Part shown: in pieces, positions 11,706 to 25,012 of the stretch | Position numbering within the stretch: position 1 is the stretch's first letter | How the letters are laid out: the number at the start of each line of letters is the position of its first letter | NCBI GenBank assembly: GCA_040954595.2 | Contig: CM082588.2 | Location: 434,001 to 498,000, forward strand | Length of the DNA stretch: 64,000 nt | Origin: Balanoglossus misakiensis | Lineage: Eukaryota; Animalia; Hemichordata | Direction of reading: 5' to 3' | Notes under the pieces: model-generated | What the model saw: only the letters and a program-made list of their open reading frames with translations | Databases searched by the model: none | Told to the model about the DNA's origin: nothing | Made by a program: the position numbers and the translations under genes

Positions 11706-14625
11706 TTTCTGTCACGGTTGTGTCGGGGAAAATTTCCGGTACCACTTATCGGAAAGTGTACGGTATTAGGTGCAGTAATGGTTAATATTCCTCACAACCT
11801 TTCTCCGACACTTTCTGTTTCTCTAAGCAATTGCTCTGACGATGGCGACTGACAAGATCACAGTCCATCGGAATCCAGTGACAGCTTCATTCCAGCAAAA
11901 TGTGAGATTAGTTTTTGTATAATTCAAACAAGGCCACGTTCAAAATAAACCGGCTGAAAAATCCCACCTGATGGAGAACCGGTTTCTTGAAGTGGTAGAG
12001 AGCTTGAATTGCTGCGCTCGCCGACGTCTTACAAACCAGTCGATACTTCTTTGCAGTGTGAACCTCGATTGAAATATGATGCAAGCTGAACATAGAGGGC
12101 TGTAGCGTTACTTTCGTGTTTAGTAATTAGAGTCGTCTCGGATTTGTTCAAAATCGACGATTGCGCGTTAATGACGATGCAGCCACTCACGGGATAATCC
12201 AAACCGTTGATTGAAAAGCGTTCAACCAAACAAACAATTGAACAATGGTGGCGATACCCACATGAGGATGAAAACGATCATCACTCCACAGTTTCTTCAG
12301 TCGGTTTGATCTTCAAAAAATTCTCTTCAAACGAAAGCGTCTGTTCTGTCCGTTCGATGGAGAATTATCCCCGTATCACTGTCGCTCTAAATACATGTAG
12401 ATCAACCGTAACGATGGGAATTTATATCCAGATAAAAAAAAACGATGACGATGCTGTGTCTGTAACTACATGGTTTTACGTCGACATCAGAGGTAAAGCC
12501 AATCGCATTACGCCTCTATATCTGTCAGTATTGACAAATCACGAGTAAAGTAATGTCCATTGTGTTGTGATTTCCATCAACCTTTTCCGTCAATGCACTT
12601 AGATGACCCCGAGTGAAGTAGTCCGATAGTGAGTCTGGGCGCTAACGCTCTCTCAGCCTCTGAGACTGCTATACTCCGCTATGGATGTGATTGAATGTGA
12701 TAGTCACAGTTTAGACGCCGGCGAATTTCACATAATTACACACCTGGGTCAGTACACGGAGATGCGCCCGTCGCCTTCCGTTTCATCTAATGACAATGAA
12801 CCTGACCCTATTAGTCACAAACAGAAAGCTTTCCAAAACACCAACATGAGACGAAACCTCCGGAAAATCAGCTTCAAGTACATAAAAAACGCATCAGCGA
12901 CAATTGCTCAGTAAGCAGGTTCCACTTGGGTGTTACTTAGCAACCGAATGGAAAGATGAAGATTCAGGGAAAGATGCTGCTTCTCCATGGAAACGAAACC
13001 CCGACAGAAATCAACAGAAAGGAGTTTCTTTCACTAAAATGGCTTAATCAGTTTATCTCTAACTCGAATTATTGACTGGTACATGTAGTAATGAAGCTCA
13101 ATATGATTATCGACCAGTTTATATTTCAATTTCAAAATGACCTTGTCGCTAAGGTAGTTACATGCATGGGATGTAGACTTGTTTCGACGCTTCACTACAC
13201 ATTAGAGATAAAACTTAAAATCCCAGTATAAGGTATCTCCAGCTGGATCGCCGCAGCAATAGAGTTCTTGTAAGCAACACATTAATATTGATTCTTCAAA
13301 ATACACCATGGCACCATGCCAATCAAAACGAATCAATTCGCTGATTTCAGAAGTCTGTATTCATTTTGGAGGAGACGCGAGCGTACTTGATGATAAGGAA
13401 ACATTTTTGTTAACAAATTTGAAAAGTAACTCCGGACAATGAACTTTGGAGTTAGAATGAAATAACACTATTGTGGGCATGACCAGACATTCTTCATTAT
13501 ACATATCAATGGGATGACTCCATCTCACTTTGTTCTCACAAATTCACATAGGAAGCGTCACAACACGTGTCTGCAGGATATTCGTGACACACCAGAGGAT
13601 ATTAGTGACCTCCCCAGAGAATTTCTGTGACCTCCCTACAGGATAATGGTTAATCCCAGGTGGTTTCCCCCATGGGATATCGGCGACTTCTCTCAACACG
13701 AGCAAACCACATGAACAGGAACTTTTAACTCTTTTCATCAACCCGCTTCAAAGCGCGTCAAATTATAATCTTACTAACATCTATCCCTTGTCAGGTATTA
13801 AGAATTTTAATCTCCGTGATTTCATTGTTAACTTTAAAATGATCTGTTCATTCTTAAACCTTGGACTGATTCACGTTTATTTGAAATCCGCTGTGAATTC
13901 CATTCAAACCACGTAGCATTTTAATGTCATATTTGTTAATGTCTGTCACAAGTAGCTTTCTCTAATAAAATCTTTCATCGATGAGATGGAATTAACAACT
14001 ACCATGGCATGGCAGTGTTATACTCAATAATAAAACCCACAGAGGGGTTTCATCATTAACAAGCATTATGATTTGTCAGTAATAGCGCTGTAGAAAATCT
14101 GACTCGTACACAAACAAAACTGTCAAATACCTCAGTTATTCTTCAGCGAGATTCCTTTGAAACTGGTTTACATTTAAGATGGCTTCGAGAAATATCTGAC
14201 ACAAAATGTCGATGGATACGGATGCTTTCTATCCTGTGTTATCTAGCTCTGCGGACAGATGTCTCTTAGGTAGAATTTAATAAAAACGTAAAGTAAAGAT
14301 TGATTACTCTGTAAACACTAGAGAAAATTAATGACTGGATACATGTAATTGTAAACGTACACAGTGGAGTGACGCTGCTAAAATTTACACATCTAACTAA
14401 AACTCAGTAATTTCGAACTTATTCCTGTATACATCCAGGACTATATTAACAATTTCTGACTTGGATATATTTATCTTTCAAACCTGTGTTCTGAGAGGAA
14501 GGTTAAGAATACTCATCCGTCTATCCATAAACATGACAGACAACCGCGGGCAGTGACGATTGCATTTTGTTCGTAACCTTGTCACACACTAAAAACCCAG
14601 ACTGATTAATAGCGCTGGAACATGT

Positions 14626-15789
14626 ATTGTCATGGCAACGCACCTTATCGAAATCCCTGTTTTTACGAGAGCAGAGTCTCTGGTTGGGGTCAAAGGTCGT
14701 TGTTAATAGCTTGAAGTACTTGCCATCACATGACCTGATGCTTTCCGTCGATAAATTCGATTCTGATCAAAGTTAACCCTTCCTCTGAATCTCTCCGCAC
14801 ACTAATAGATTCTAGTTACCATGACAACTCTGGTGTGAGGTTTTCCTTCTACATTTTTCGGCCACAAATCAGGCATTGATTTTTATTTTCCAAGCTTTGT
14901 ATCACATAGAAAATGTATACGCGTAAGGGTGTTCTCATTAATTTTAAGAGGGGGGCAGGAATAATCAAAACCTGTCACTTCTGATTTTGATTTCTTCTTC
15001 TTCTGATTTTCACATTTGAGAGAGAGATTGAAACGTGTTATCAGTGAAAAGATGAAAAACTACGGCACTGTACCAAATTTCTCAAAATGCATCAGACCTA
15101 CAGGATGCCAAGTGTCCGCGATTTGTTGTCATGGAAACGGCAAACTCCGAGTTCTCATTAGTGATATTTCACTGCCGATGTAACACTTCGATAGGGAGAA
15201 AAACTGCAATAATCGTGTTATCTGTAGAACCCTTGTTAGTTTCCTTGGTAACGAAGGACTCGATAGTGAAATATTAACGAAACTTTCAAGTGTGTGTTAG
15301 AAAAGTCCTTCACATTGACCTGTTTCAGATAAATTATTATTTCAACCCGAGGATTCTCTTGTGATAAGAAAAAACATCGAAACTGTATTATTGTTTTCAT
15401 TGTGACCTGTGTCTGTGTGGACGCTAAGCCCTGTCTGTATTCAGCGCTATAGTCGTGCATGGACCAGACCTGTCGCTGTGTACAGGCCGTGAATAGGGCA
15501 GCCCTGCCGCTGTGTCTGGCTAACATGTGGAGTGATCCTAAGTAAAGATCTGAATACAAATAATGTCAAATCAGGTTTGATAAGCACATATCCACTGTTT
15601 TAGAATGAAGCTAATTATTTCAATCATTTGGTCTGATTGCTCTCCGGGCAGCAGCAACATACCAACTTTAAAAACGCATTTTCCTACTTTTTGACACCTC
15701 TTCTTGACATCACTTTGGTTGTCATGGTAATGGTAATCACACCATGTGAGAACCATAAAACGATAGCATTTCATTGTTGCCAAGGTGAT
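14626..15789. promoter_or_regulatory. Dense cluster of RFX X-box-like palindromes
   Basis: ATTGTCATGGCAAC 14626, GTTACCATGACAAC 14815, GTTGTCATGGAAAC 15125, GTTTCCTTGGTAAC 15239, GTTGTCATGGTAAT 15718, GTTGCCAAGGTGAT 15776. Confidence 0.6.
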
Positions 15790-16428
15790 CAGCCGATCTA
15801 CTCAAGTACATGTAATCCGACTCTGATCGTAGGTGGCGCACCACCATTCCTAACAAACTATAGGTTCCAAGGAGATAATGCATTGTTGTGTGATCATGGT
15901 CATGATTTGGGCTCATGGTCGTTCTAAAGAGCGTCAAGATTCATTGAAAATCACTGGTGTCTGCAAATCTACACCAACCACATTTAGACCTAGAGGGATT
16001 GATCCTCAGAATTAAACCAAAGAATGAAATACAATTGGTGTGCTTTCATGGAGTAAACGAAATGATTTCTCGCATGAAAACACACTGTGTCAATAGAACC
16101 ACTGTATTTCAACCTCCAAGTTCTCCAACTAGGCTTTCAAAAGACCGCTTCGAAACCTACTTGCTTGTAGTTAATTATAGAACTACAGTTCTTCAAAACA
16201 CTGCTTTCATAATTACTTTCAAGACGTCTGGTTTGTAAACTTTGGTCAAACTGTCACGATAGCAAAGTTCAGTCACTTTTGAGAAACTCTAATGAGCTAA
16301 TTAGCGACTTAAATGGAAACTAATTAATCTAACACAACACCAATCTGGACTACAAAAGAATCGCTTGTGTTGGTCGCAAGAAATTTCGAGAAGACGCAAC
16401 ACAGAAAAGAAACTCAAAATTGACTCAC

Positions 16429-16613
16429 GATTCCGACTTCGTAAGTTTACTTCTGTCGCTGCCCGCCGAGCGTTCTCTTTCTTTCAGTAATCTTCTTTTC
16501 TCTCCCGGCATATTCGACAAGCGACTGACCCCACGGGCCGACTCGGCTATGGATTTCAAGGGGATAAATTTTGGTTGCTGTGGGTTGCTGTATCCCGTGC
16601 CTTTCTCCGCCAT
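16429..16613 (-). CDS. Putative alternative ADGB first exon V4 (MAEKGTGYSNPQQPKF...SKLTKSE-S)
   Basis: aaaaATGGCG start; 61 codons + 2 nt; TC|gtgagt donor in phase 2. Confidence 0.68.
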
Positions 16614-16906
16614 TTTTACACACTGCGCGACACGATACAGCGGACCCCAGTTACCTACCAACTATGAGAATGAATTATTCAGAAGTTTTTTTGTAGGGCT
16701 TCCGGATTCATAATGTTTTCTTCGCGTAACACCTGCTTGTAATTACTTAGACCTAATGATATGCGAGGCAATTACTGTGTGGACGAATTGAACTGCATTG
16801 GAATGCATTACCTTGACTTCAGACTAATGTTTTGTACACGTCAAATAAAACCATATGTGTGGAAAATGTTCTCTGACACCGAGATGTTTTTTTCATTTGC
16901 ACATAC

Positions 16907-17013
16907 CTCTTCTGGCTCGTCATGGCGCTCAGTCCACCTGCGTCACCTTTTTCTCCCTTCCCTTTCTCGGCAGATTTTGCTGCACGGGTCGTGGGACTCG
17001 CTGGAGGTTCCAT
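16907..17013 (-). CDS. Putative alternative ADGB first exon V5 (MEPPASPTTRAAKSAEKGKGEKGDAGGLSAMTSQK-R)
   Basis: attATGG start; 35 codons + 2 nt; GAG|gtatgt donor in phase 2; X-box-like site 140 nt upstream. Confidence 0.68.
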
Positions 17014-18975
17014 AATTAAAATGCTTTCAACTCAATCTTTCACAGTCCATGATCAAAACAGGTGGTGCAGACAGAAATTCGTTGTTGAACTTTCTGAGCA
17101 GTCCTGAACGACAGGTGCTTATTCTGAGACGTTTAAACAAAGGTTAGGCGCCGTTGCCTTGACGACAATTTTTAGAAGCAACAGAACAGGGCAGTATCAC
17201 TTTCTCTGCCTTTTGTCACCGTTCGGACGTCGAATGGGGGATAGTTTTACAAATATTGTTTGTAGAGTCTAATGTCTCATTCATAAGTTATCCGATACAA
17301 TTTGACCGGTACCAACACGTAAGAACACATACTTTCATTTGACACTTAGAGCTGCGATCGTATACGATCTGCGCCTGTCCAATTTTCCTATTTATAGGCA
17401 ACGTATTCCATTTAAAATATCTGAAGGGCGGCCATTAATTGTCAGCGTATCGGAGCTGTGGCTGACAAACTTTCCTGTCAGTGTGTATAGACAACCATTT
17501 CAGCTGAAGAAGACTGCCCTCAACAAATCAACAGCTGTTACCGGCATTTGTGGCCTGTGTATCAACTATACTGTTTCTTGGTCAAGCTTTTTCTCCCAGG
17601 GTACTTTGCATAAATATATAATTTGAGTCAACTGATGAATTCGACGGTGCCTTGTCCAATGCATGACTTCCGCTATGTTGACTTCTGCGCGACCCTTGCT
17701 TGTTGACACAAGAATTTATAGTATTCAGCTCTGTCGTTATGGAAACAAACTGACCCACACTCCAGCCTTCCCGAGTAACAGTAAACAGTTCTCAATGCTA
17801 ACAATAAAACGCAACACTTTAACAACATGTTCTGTCCGTCGCTCGACAGCACATGGCCATAAGCAACTTGTAACGGTGGACTTATGTTTGTGAAACATTT
17901 TGAAAAAACTACAATAAAGATTAACTTGCTTGTAAATTTGGTAAAGGTACCATCAAAGTCGATTTCATAACGTGGGTTAAAAGTACTCGTGGTATCGCTA
18001 CAGGGTTAGGGATTTTGGTAACTTGAAATACAATGTACACGCGCTGAAACCCTAACTACTGCAACCTGCTTCAACAACCGTTGACCCGAATATATCTGTA
18101 AGTGGCTGCAAATTGCCACTGGATTGATTTAAAATGAAACCTTTGCCAGCGTCAACTTCATGCTGGCCTCTCTCAAGTGACATTTTATTCGGGTCAGCGC
18201 TACACTGGCAACTAAAAGGTCTGCCCTCATAGGCCTATCCTCAATGCCACCTGTTGTACACATGTTTGAAGACAATGAACTGACCAATCAGAAACAATCT
18301 CACAGACCCCTGCACATATTCTCTTTGTCTATTTTACTAAGGAGTTTTGGCCAATCGATATTTGTGAATCTTCTCGTCACAAATGATTATCTGTTATGCA
18401 TCTTATTGCAAGAACCAGCTGACCAAGAAATTAACCGATCACAAAATATCACTGTGGACCATTCAGAGACATTCGAAACCTTTTTTTCTCAACAAGAAAG
18501 ATATGAACCCCATAGCTATATACTTGGTACATGTATGTACTATCGCAATGCGTGAAGTTGCCGAGTACACGTTTCTACATTTAGACATTTGTTTATCTTG
18601 TGTTGAGTGCACTTGAGTGTCCGAGCACATGTTGTAAAACAAAATTTCTTCATATTTTGCTTTGTATCGACATTTTACACTATCAATTTCATATAGCTTC
18701 GGATAACGCCACGATCCGAGTCATAATGTCTGAAAGTTAGAAGTAAGATGGACTTTCGGTGCCAAGATAGAATTTTGTCGTCGCTTTGTGCATGGATTCT
18801 GTTGGTTGTTATTGTACCTTCTCAACAAGTCCCAGAAAGATAACGGTTGTAACTATGGACAAGAGTACCTATGTGTGACAACCGGGTTGGACGCCGTTCG
18901 CGTCGTTGGTAGGCGCGCACGCGTTGCCAACTTCATGGAGGTTTGTCTGAAATAATGGAGGCAAAGGCAACTCAC

Positions 18976-19055
18976 CTAAATATACTTTTGATACTGAATC
19001 TTCGTTTTCTTGCGGTGGGTGGGGTGTGGGGTAGCGGCGAAGAAGATGACGTCAT
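18976..19055 (-). CDS. Putative alternative ADGB first exon V6 (MTSSSSPLPHTPPTARKRRFSIKSIF-R)
   Basis: gctATG start; 26 codons + 2 nt; TAG|gtgagt donor in phase 2; X-box-like site about 170 nt upstream. Confidence 0.65.
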
Positions 19056-21506
19056 AGCAATCGATTTGGTGAGCGTCTATCGGTTTTTGGCCAATACGTC
19101 ATCTGTAGAATTCAGCGCAAGCCCGCCTGCAACTTGGACAGCATTTTGTGTACTTTGTGACACTGACGAACAGAGCGGTAGAAGTAACAACCTGCGACCG
19201 ATGACGCCGATAGGCTAGGTACAGTAGCCTTGGCAACCGGTGACGCCCTCATCTAGTACTTGATGACTCTTACAGCAGGGCAATATACCAAGTTTGTTTA
19301 TAAATACCCTATCGGTACTAGACTTGTTCAAAACTGATCACACTAAGACAGCAATCACCTGATTGGACAGTGCCTTTACTTTGTATATGTGGGATGTGCG
19401 CACAATCCACCAGGCCAACTTTCTGTAAAACTGACTGTACAAGAATAAAAACCCCTCTCCTTCTCAGAGCTTCAAGACAATAGCACCGACGCAGTATACA
19501 AACTGCAATGACAGTTGATATCAGAGAATAGAATGTACAGGTCATTAAGAGCAATCAGACCCAATTATTTAGATTAATTTGATACCAGTTCTCGTTACCT
19601 TGACGACATAACTTTGCTCTTATACTATTTGACCGGCGGCTCGATCACGATCCATTGCGTCGCTGCCAAAGGTTATAACATCGGACCAAAGAAGCCTCCA
19701 GACAAAAAACAAGTCCCATTATTACAATGTGCATATGCTTGTCGGCGTAAACGTGAAAATACATGAACTGCAACTACTCAATCGTCGTATTGAGAAAGAC
19801 TTTAAGGAAAATAACACGAGTTCTTTCAACGGGTAACAGTTAAGAGTCAGTACAAGCAAGTGCTAACACCGCCCTCAAGCGGCCCTCCAGAAAGGTCCTT
19901 GGCAAGGATCGTCAACAGTAAGAAACACAACAGATTCAATGAAGCGTACAGAACCGTCTTAAGCCGATAAGCGCACACCATAACAAAGAGAAAGACTAGT
20001 TTTCGAAGTCCATAAACACCCTAACGTTTAGTTTATGTGTGTATAGTTCCCGTCTATACAGAAGACAGAGACGTTTCCCCTGTACTGTATACTTGCTATG
20101 TGAAACTTTAATTTATTCAGGAGTCCAATTGAAGTGAGTGTTAACAAAGTATGATCATATATATTAGAAGGCAAAACTTCCCCACCCATCTAATGCCAAT
20201 GGTGCGATTTCATTTCTGGATGATCGACCTACAAAGGAACAAAGACCCTGTGGCATCCTCATGTCTTATGTTAGAATGTAGCCTTGAGGGAAACAATGAC
20301 CCACGCACGGTACGTGTCATACACATGAACCAAAGTCGAATTCAACCGGACAGACGCTTGTTCAACGCTGATTTATTTTGCCCGTATTTTATTTGGTTAT
20401 GTTTGTCAATAAAAAGAAGACACATGTGTATGTTGGTGTCACCTCTCGTCGCGAGATACCCACATTGCTGTCATTGTTATCAACCGGTTGCCAAGACAAC
20501 GGGTCGTATATTTACGAGAATGCGACTCCTCTTACAGAACTGGTCAACTGTGTTATTTCATTGATGGCACCAACTACCACATAACTTCTCTGACGAAATA
20601 ACTACTTCTAAAAGTGTTCATTTGAAGTTTGATGAACCCTGCCATGTGTTGTAGGCTGTACTGAAACTTCTCAGTTTAATTGATTGATCACAATCGAAAT
20701 AACTGGAGCACGGTTTCACAACAGATAAAATACCATGGATGTCCCCTGGGCTACATGCATGATATCACTTGTAAACATAACAAAATGAAATACAAGAACG
20801 ACAACTTTTAATATCATTTGCAATGCCTTTCATTTTGGTCAGACATTTTTTCTCTCCATAGTACCGAAAATGATAGTCGTTTTACCGCTGATTGGCGTGC
20901 CTAGGTGCAGCAATCAGCACACAATTTTGTACCATGCGAAAGCTTATGTTATTTTAATACAAAGATATAAAATGTCAACGGGTAGAATGGAATGATTAGT
21001 TTTAAGAAAATAAACATGTCATGATTGAAAGGTGACTTAATCCATCCTGAACGAACGGACCGGTGTAAGGTAGCCAAAAAGCGCGCACATACCTATTTGA
21101 TCACCCAAGTTAGTTGATATCTTAGTAAAAGTTTCTCCAATAAGCGTGATCATGGTATGTACAGTCGTCCAGACAATAACACTATAGTATTCTGACCTCA
21201 GACGATAACGCCATCATTGCCAAGTTCTCCTTGAAGCGTGACATTCTGCTGTCACATGTAAAGATTCACAAACCACCAAGGTAAAAGACAAACGCTGGGA
21301 AATAATGCGTAATCAAAGCGCTTAAAATCCAATGTCATATATTATGATCAGCAACACTTACGTGCAATTGCCAACCACCAGGGCAAAAAGTGACCACAGC
21401 TAAACCTGACAAATTGGCATATAAGTGTTTGAAGTTCTCTAAAAAACCGTTGTCAATAAAAACATGAGGTCGTATTGTTGTGGTTTGATGAGGAGCCGTT
21501 ACTTAC

Positions 21507-21631
21507 TTCCACAAATTGGCCGTTCTCCTCGATCCAGGACGGGAACCAGCACTCGACCGGTCATCGTGTTCCTTGTGATGATGTTCTCGAGCAGCGCGTA
21601 CTTGAGCTTGTTTCACTAATTTAAGAAACAT
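21507..21631 (-). CDS. Putative alternative ADGB first exon V7 (MFLKLVKQAQVRAAREHHHKEHDDRSSAGSRPGSRRTANLW-K)
   Basis: ataATG start; 41 codons + 2 nt; GAA|gtaagt donor in phase 2. Confidence 0.65.
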
Positions 21632-24600
21632 TATTTTGACTTGACTTGACTTGGTTTTGCATGGATTGACCTCGTTGTGCTCTGGCCACCGTTATATTCC
21701 TGTGAGTCACACACACCGCCTCCACAGGTTGACACCAGTAAAACACCGTACAACAGACAAGCGATACAACACGCTCACCAACACCACTATATTGGCCCGA
21801 CATGACCCACAGCTTTGGAACATTCCATTCAGTAGGAAAACCAACGGGTTTGCTTACTTTGCTATCACCATAAAAAGAGAGACTTTAGATGAGAAAAGGC
21901 CAAAATGTTGATGTAGGATTAACTTACCAAAACTTATTTTAAACGAATAATTTATTGGACTTTATTGCAATCAATTTATTAGTAATCCTTGATTGGTAAA
22001 CTCACACGGATTAACTACAAATGCGTCTCTGCTAGACGGGACAACCCATCTTTGCGAGGTGGGTAGGGGTGTTTAATAGAAACCCAGGCTGTGGCTGCAA
22101 GGCCAAACACCCGGACAATATTGCAAGACCTTCTAATACATCATGATTTGCACGATCTTAGGCAATAGCTGCCTTAAGGTAGAATGGACGATTCTGTTGC
22201 TGGGCAACGTCAGCCACGCCGACTGATAATAGTGTCATTCACGGTTCAACTGGCTCAGTAAAGATTAACAAACGACCTAGGGCCCATTGACGACCAGGAA
22301 CCCGACCGATTTATCATGCGAAGTTTCATGTATGCCACTGATGGCGCCATTCGTATGGTGGCCCTCAGTAAATCAATCCCTGCATACGGATCGTATTAGT
22401 GTTTCTATACCTTTGATGTATTCAAACAGCTAATATCTCTTTGCAGAAACACTGTGTCTACAGAAGAACTAATGGATATCGTTAAATCGAATGACGCGTC
22501 AAGCTAACATGTCTTTAAAGCAGGTTATGAAACAGTTTCATTTCATTTAAAATGAAGGATTTTTGCGAGCAAAATGTCATTTCCTATCGAACAGGTGGTT
22601 GAACACAGTTATTTATATATTAATGCCAATTAAGGATCTCTATATTTATTAATATCAACGTACACACAATTTTTGTGCGACGTCTGGCAAGTCACGTGGT
22701 TTCAGCCATTAATCACCATATTGAATTAAAGTAATTTAATCAGAAACGCCATTGTTCGGATCATACTTGTAACCATGGCAGCAGCTTCTAGCTTAACCCT
22801 AGAAATGTTAGTAGCCAGCAGTTGTGACCCTTAAGGGGGAGAAATGAGGCGTGTCCAATCGCTTTACTGAAGTATTATAAGCATTCAAGACAGAACAAAA
22901 AGATAAGAATGCGTTTCAGCTTTGTTGCTTTTAATATCTTCCAACCTCATAATATTTACTTCGAGTTGCGTAGTGGGACATTCCAAGGATACTTGTTGGT
23001 CCACAATCGCTAATTCCTTTAAAATTTGATCCGTTTTACGCGATTCCCATTGAAAAGAATATCTTCTTTTGCCTATCTCTTTCATTTCCTCAGCTCTCTG
23101 GACTGGTCCAACAGAATTGTGCAAATTAGACGTGCGTGATAAAGCTGTTGCGTAACACAGATCTCGTCTATTTGCTCACTGATGCTTTTGTTTCCTGGCA
23201 ATTAGCAGTTCTATGCCACTTATGCGGGAAATATACTCATTTTGGAAAGCAACCAAATACGGCATCCTCATCAGGCTATGACAAAGTTTTGTTAACCACA
23301 GACTCCCTATGTGATGTGTGCCGGCAGGGAAATGATATATCAAAGCTATTTTCCCTAATTTATAATAACAACGATTTTAATATCCCATTATTATTGCCCG
23401 TAAGCCTCGGTTTAACTATATAGATCATCAGAGACATCTTGTACCAAGTTGTTGATAAATGTCCAATATGGTAGAATCTCCAAGGCAACCAGCTAACAAA
23501 CAATACCAGAAGGCATACAGGTAATGCTGTTTGAAATCAAACTACGAACATTTAAATCATCATGAATCTTCATTATGATATTGAGTTGATGGATTAATTT
23601 AAAATTGGTTGCACATATCTTAAACGTTTCGTATTATCAGGAAATTAAGACGATCGATTATTTTTTTAATGGCTACATACAATCATTTGCTGTGTGCATA
23701 ATTATCGGAGAACCGTGACATTTTGAATACTCTCACATCTGTGAATGTTTCAAGAATGGAGAGCCCTGGGCAAACCATTCTCTGGTGTATATGCAAAGGC
23801 CTGAATGTTCAGTTTACTATGTAGTAATGAAAAACATGTCAGCAAAGGATATATACCTTTTAAACACGTTCCCGTGGAACGTCACAGAACGGTTCGTTTT
23901 ATCGTTTCTTTTTCTCTTCATTTATCGACGACCCGGGTTATTCGTGTCTCCAACTGCGTGCACTCCAGGGGAGCGTGAAATTATTCATGATTATTTTATT
24001 TAATAATTCATCATACTCGTGTGAAAGAGAGTACATTTTTAATTTTTAAAATGCATATTATCGCTCTCTGTAGATAATTTCTCCACAGTTGTCATCCGGG
24101 CCACCGGGGACGTCATAGGAATTGAGATGACACTACAACATGTAAAAGAATCTCTGAAAAGGATGGTATACTTTCTACCTCCAGGGCTTGACTATCTAAA
24201 CTGTTCACATAATGCAAACTGTTGGTATCTGCAATTCGTTGACAATGCAATGTACATTGACTCACATTGAGTTGAAACTGAATAGAGTGGCTCTACAAAT
24301 ATACACGGTGTGCGTTGTGCAATGGTGATCGACACTACAAGCGTCAACTCTTTCAAATCAGCCAAACATTTCAGAGAATCACAGCCAATCCTATCAGGCT
24401 GAATAAAAACGCTTTTAGTTCCGTATACTAGTAAGTGGGTTTTCTGAATAACAAACTGGATATCCGGAGAGCATTTAAAGTACCAAAACTTACTGCAGAA
24501 CAAGTTGTCACCTTAAAAGCGATCTCTAGCCATTATTAAGTTATAATTACGAGCTTTTGTGGTGTGGTTCCGTGTTATATTAGAAACAGCAATCGGACGT

Positions 24601-25012
24601 CAATATAGAACATTTGGAATAACTCACTTATTCTGTAAATTTTAACTGAAGCTTAGGTATGTATGGCTTGGTTCCAAATAGCTTTGGAAAACACGGTGTG
24701 TATAAACGACCAAAGGCTTGAAAAGGTGCGAAAACAGGTGACACAATGTAACTGAACACACAAAGCTAATAACAGCTACCGACAATAAAATAGAACCAAT
24801 TAAGGGCCTTTTCAGAAGCTCTAAAAGCTATGATGTAGTGGGAATAGCTACCAGTACTTGAATACAGTTAACTCAGAATATAAAACGACAGATAAACGTC
24901 AAAAGTAAAAGCGAAGCCTGTTTTAAACAATCTGAAACTGATCAGAATGTCCACATTCAAACAGGTTGTTGTCGTTATCAGTATAATTGCTAAGTAACAA
25001 GCGTTTACTTAC

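Noticed and set aside
12033-12229. Open frame ending at TT|gtaaga, plus a gtgagt donor near 12190
   Set aside because: No in-frame ATG and poor exon-side consensus.
13548-13738. ORF MKRVKSSCSCG...TLP ending at AT|gtgaat in phase 2
   Set aside because: Weak donor and composition unlike the other variable exons. Not excluded, but unsupported.
21093-21153. Minus-strand ATG ORF (MITLIGETFTKISTNLGDQI) ending at a good AG|gtatgt donor
   Set aside because: Phase 1, so it is out of frame with ADGB exon 2. Recorded because it shows that such units can arise by chance or in other phases.
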